Part shown: piece by piece, positions 61,957 to 64,000 of the stretch
Layout of the letters: every line of letters starts with the position of its first letter
Numbering within the stretch: position 1 is the first letter of the stretch
NCBI GenBank assembly: GCA_030295235.1
Contig: AP026164.1
Location: 1,736,001 to 1,800,000 of the forward strand
Reading direction: 5' to 3'
Source: Fistulifera solaris
Lineage: Eukaryota
Length of the DNA stretch: 64,000 nt
Position numbers and translations under genes: made by a program
The notes under the pieces: model-generated
The model's input: only the letters and a program-made list of their open reading frames with translations
What the model was told of the DNA's origin: nothing
Database searches by the model: none

Positions 61957-63594
61957 ATGAACAGTATCATGCAAAACTATCAGAGACAAAGCGAGCATAC
62001 GCCGCTCTTGAGCGTTCCAGAATCTGTGAACAGCCGTAAGACCAATTGCACAGAAACAATGAGTGTTTACGGAATTGTCGGCGGCATCCTCGTCGGCATG
62101 GTTGTCGGCGTTCTGGCCATGTCCACTCACGGGTCGACATGGTTTCCTTTCCCACGTCATTCGCGTCTCTATACGTCCAAATATGCCAAAGTCCAAGGAA
62201 TCGGCTTTCAAATATACACCGGCGGAGCACCCGCGTTTTTGGATCGCAACAATACCGGGCCACAGAACCCCGAATGCATCGGCCTCGATTCGTACGGTGA
62301 ATTCTACGACGAAAATGGTTTGCAATATCAGTGCTATCTTGGTCTCGAAGATCCTATTGATGATGTTCGTGTACGAATTCAATTAATGAAAGACGCCATT
62401 GAAAAAGCGTACGATGTGGCCGATCATAATCCCAGCATTTTGAGAAGTATTCATTGCACCCGAATTCTACTGGCGGGGCATCGATGGTGCATATATTATG
62501 GAAGATGAAGAAGATTATACGCATTGTGGGCCCATTTGCGATTTAATGCTCGCCATGGAAGAATTTGTGGCCGACCCCAAATACCAAGATTGGCTCTTTC
62601 TGATGGGCACCGTCATTGCCTCGCAGGTCTTGCCGGAAGAAGACCCGTACAATTATCTATTCTACAACTTTGCTCTACTATATAAAGGCTACGATCCAGC
62701 GAAACAGGATCACACCGGAAAGCGGTACCTCGTTCCGAAGCGTATTGTGAGTGGACAGGACTTTTTGTTACCACGCCGATTCATGTCGAATCAGTCCGCC
62801 ATTCTGGAACTGCTCGCGGAAGATCTGCCAGAAACGGACAATACTTTGTTCATACCGTTTGGTCAGAACAAGTACGACGTCGATGCTTGGGATTTGTACA
62901 AAGTTGATCTTCATGATCGGGGGTAAGTGGCATTCGTTGTCGTTGTGAGATGTCTTCGAACAGTAAGGATGGAATTGGTAACTAACCCTTCGTACGACTT
63001 GTCCAGTTATCACTTGATTTATAATAACTGGTTTTTGATTGACGGGATTTCCATGACGTGCGAAATTTGCTTTGATCATGATCAGCGAAGAGCCAAAAAT
63101 ACGTATATGGCGGACATGGTTTCGGGTCGCAGTACGTTGATTCCTAGCTACTCGGATGAGAATGGTTTTGCCTATGTGAATATTCCCGAATATCAGGCAC
63201 AAATTTCTCTCGTTTCTAGCGCCGGCATGACGGTGACCGAGGACTCACTCGTTCTGACGAATGGGGGTGTCATTTTTCTGCAAGACGGTCAGAGCAATGC
63301 AGCCAACGATGTGACTTTTGGAAATGTGGCAGAATGCGATGGGTTCCGTCAGGATGGTTACATTTTCACGGGTGGTACGCAAGCGGTTCAGCGAGAAGCA
63401 GTCGTCTCGTACATGGATGCCTTATTTGAGTTCAAGTCCTTGCATAACTTTGAAAAGTACTCAATATGGGAGCACTGGGAAAGAAGTTAGACGGCGTGTT
63501 TTCCGCCGCATTGTATGAACCGCAACTTGCTGTATACGAGCCTGTTGAAATCGCTCAAATCAAATCGAATCAAAGGAATCATGCTGACTTCTAA
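61957..63594 (+). CDS. Membrane-anchored carbon-nitrogen hydrolase (nitrilase-fold)-like protein; intron 62923-63006; frameshifts near 62445, 62495 and 63480
   Basis: N-terminal TM helix. After frame correction: VFIAPEFYWRG, LMGTVIA, YNFA, VPKR...DFL and CEICFDH, giving the E-K-C triad pattern. Confidence 0.6.
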
Positions 63595-64000
63595 AAAGTG
63601 ATCGATGAAGTGCACTGCTTTTGTCATTTGTGATTGACAATCGCGACAAGTTCGGGTGACAAAACTATATGTAGACTATCTTTCTGACCATGCAATACGC
63701 TTTTGTGAATCGTCAACAAGATTTAGGCCACCTTTCTTCTTTTTAGTCAGCGTTCGGTGATACTACTTTTTGAAACTGAGTCGAATTTTCTTTAATTAGT
63801 GCGGTCAATAGTTACCAGGACTGCAAAATCGTTCAGTCGGAAAACTGTGCCCAACACTTTCTTAAGAAAGGAACAGTTTAACAACGAGACAACATATCCG
63901 CTAGTATTCTTGCAACTCTTTTCGTTTCATTTCTTCATAAAATATGGCCTGTGCGTATAAGAATTGCCCCGTACCCGGTAAGGTTAACATTTTCAGGGAC

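Noticed and set aside
1..64000. Autonomous transposon, viral or prokaryotic defence genes
   Set aside because: No transposase, reverse transcriptase, integrase, capsid or nuclease motifs were recognised in any frame.

Overview
Gene-dense eukaryotic nuclear DNA, most consistent with a diatom (stramenopile). The evidence is short 63-130 nt GT-AG introns, bipartite signal-peptide+Phe plastid-targeting leaders, RXL motifs, PPR and HSF genes, and short intergenic spacers. I reconstruct about 30 protein-coding genes, one tRNA-Gly(GCC), and an intronic U14 box C/D snoRNA hidden in an unusually long (226 nt) intron of the ribosome-biogenesis gene PWP2/UTP1. Roughly 30 single-base frameshifts, mostly at homopolymers and also in essential genes, point to an unpolished long-read assembly rather than pseudogenes, so many ORF-track entries are fragments of one gene. 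The most interesting items are: (1) U14 nested in PWP2; (2) a plastid-targeted glutamyl-tRNA-reductase-like protein lacking the NADPH domain; (3) a NELF-A-like pausing factor; (4) an RXL/mucin-stalk membrane protein with an acidic Tyr-rich tail that the ORF track missed; (5) organelle-targeted RecN; (6) a beta-propeller receptor-like kinase; (7) an ankyrin-J-LOTUS protein sitting next to an array of palindromic repeats. All family calls come from motif recognition by eye; no database searches were run.
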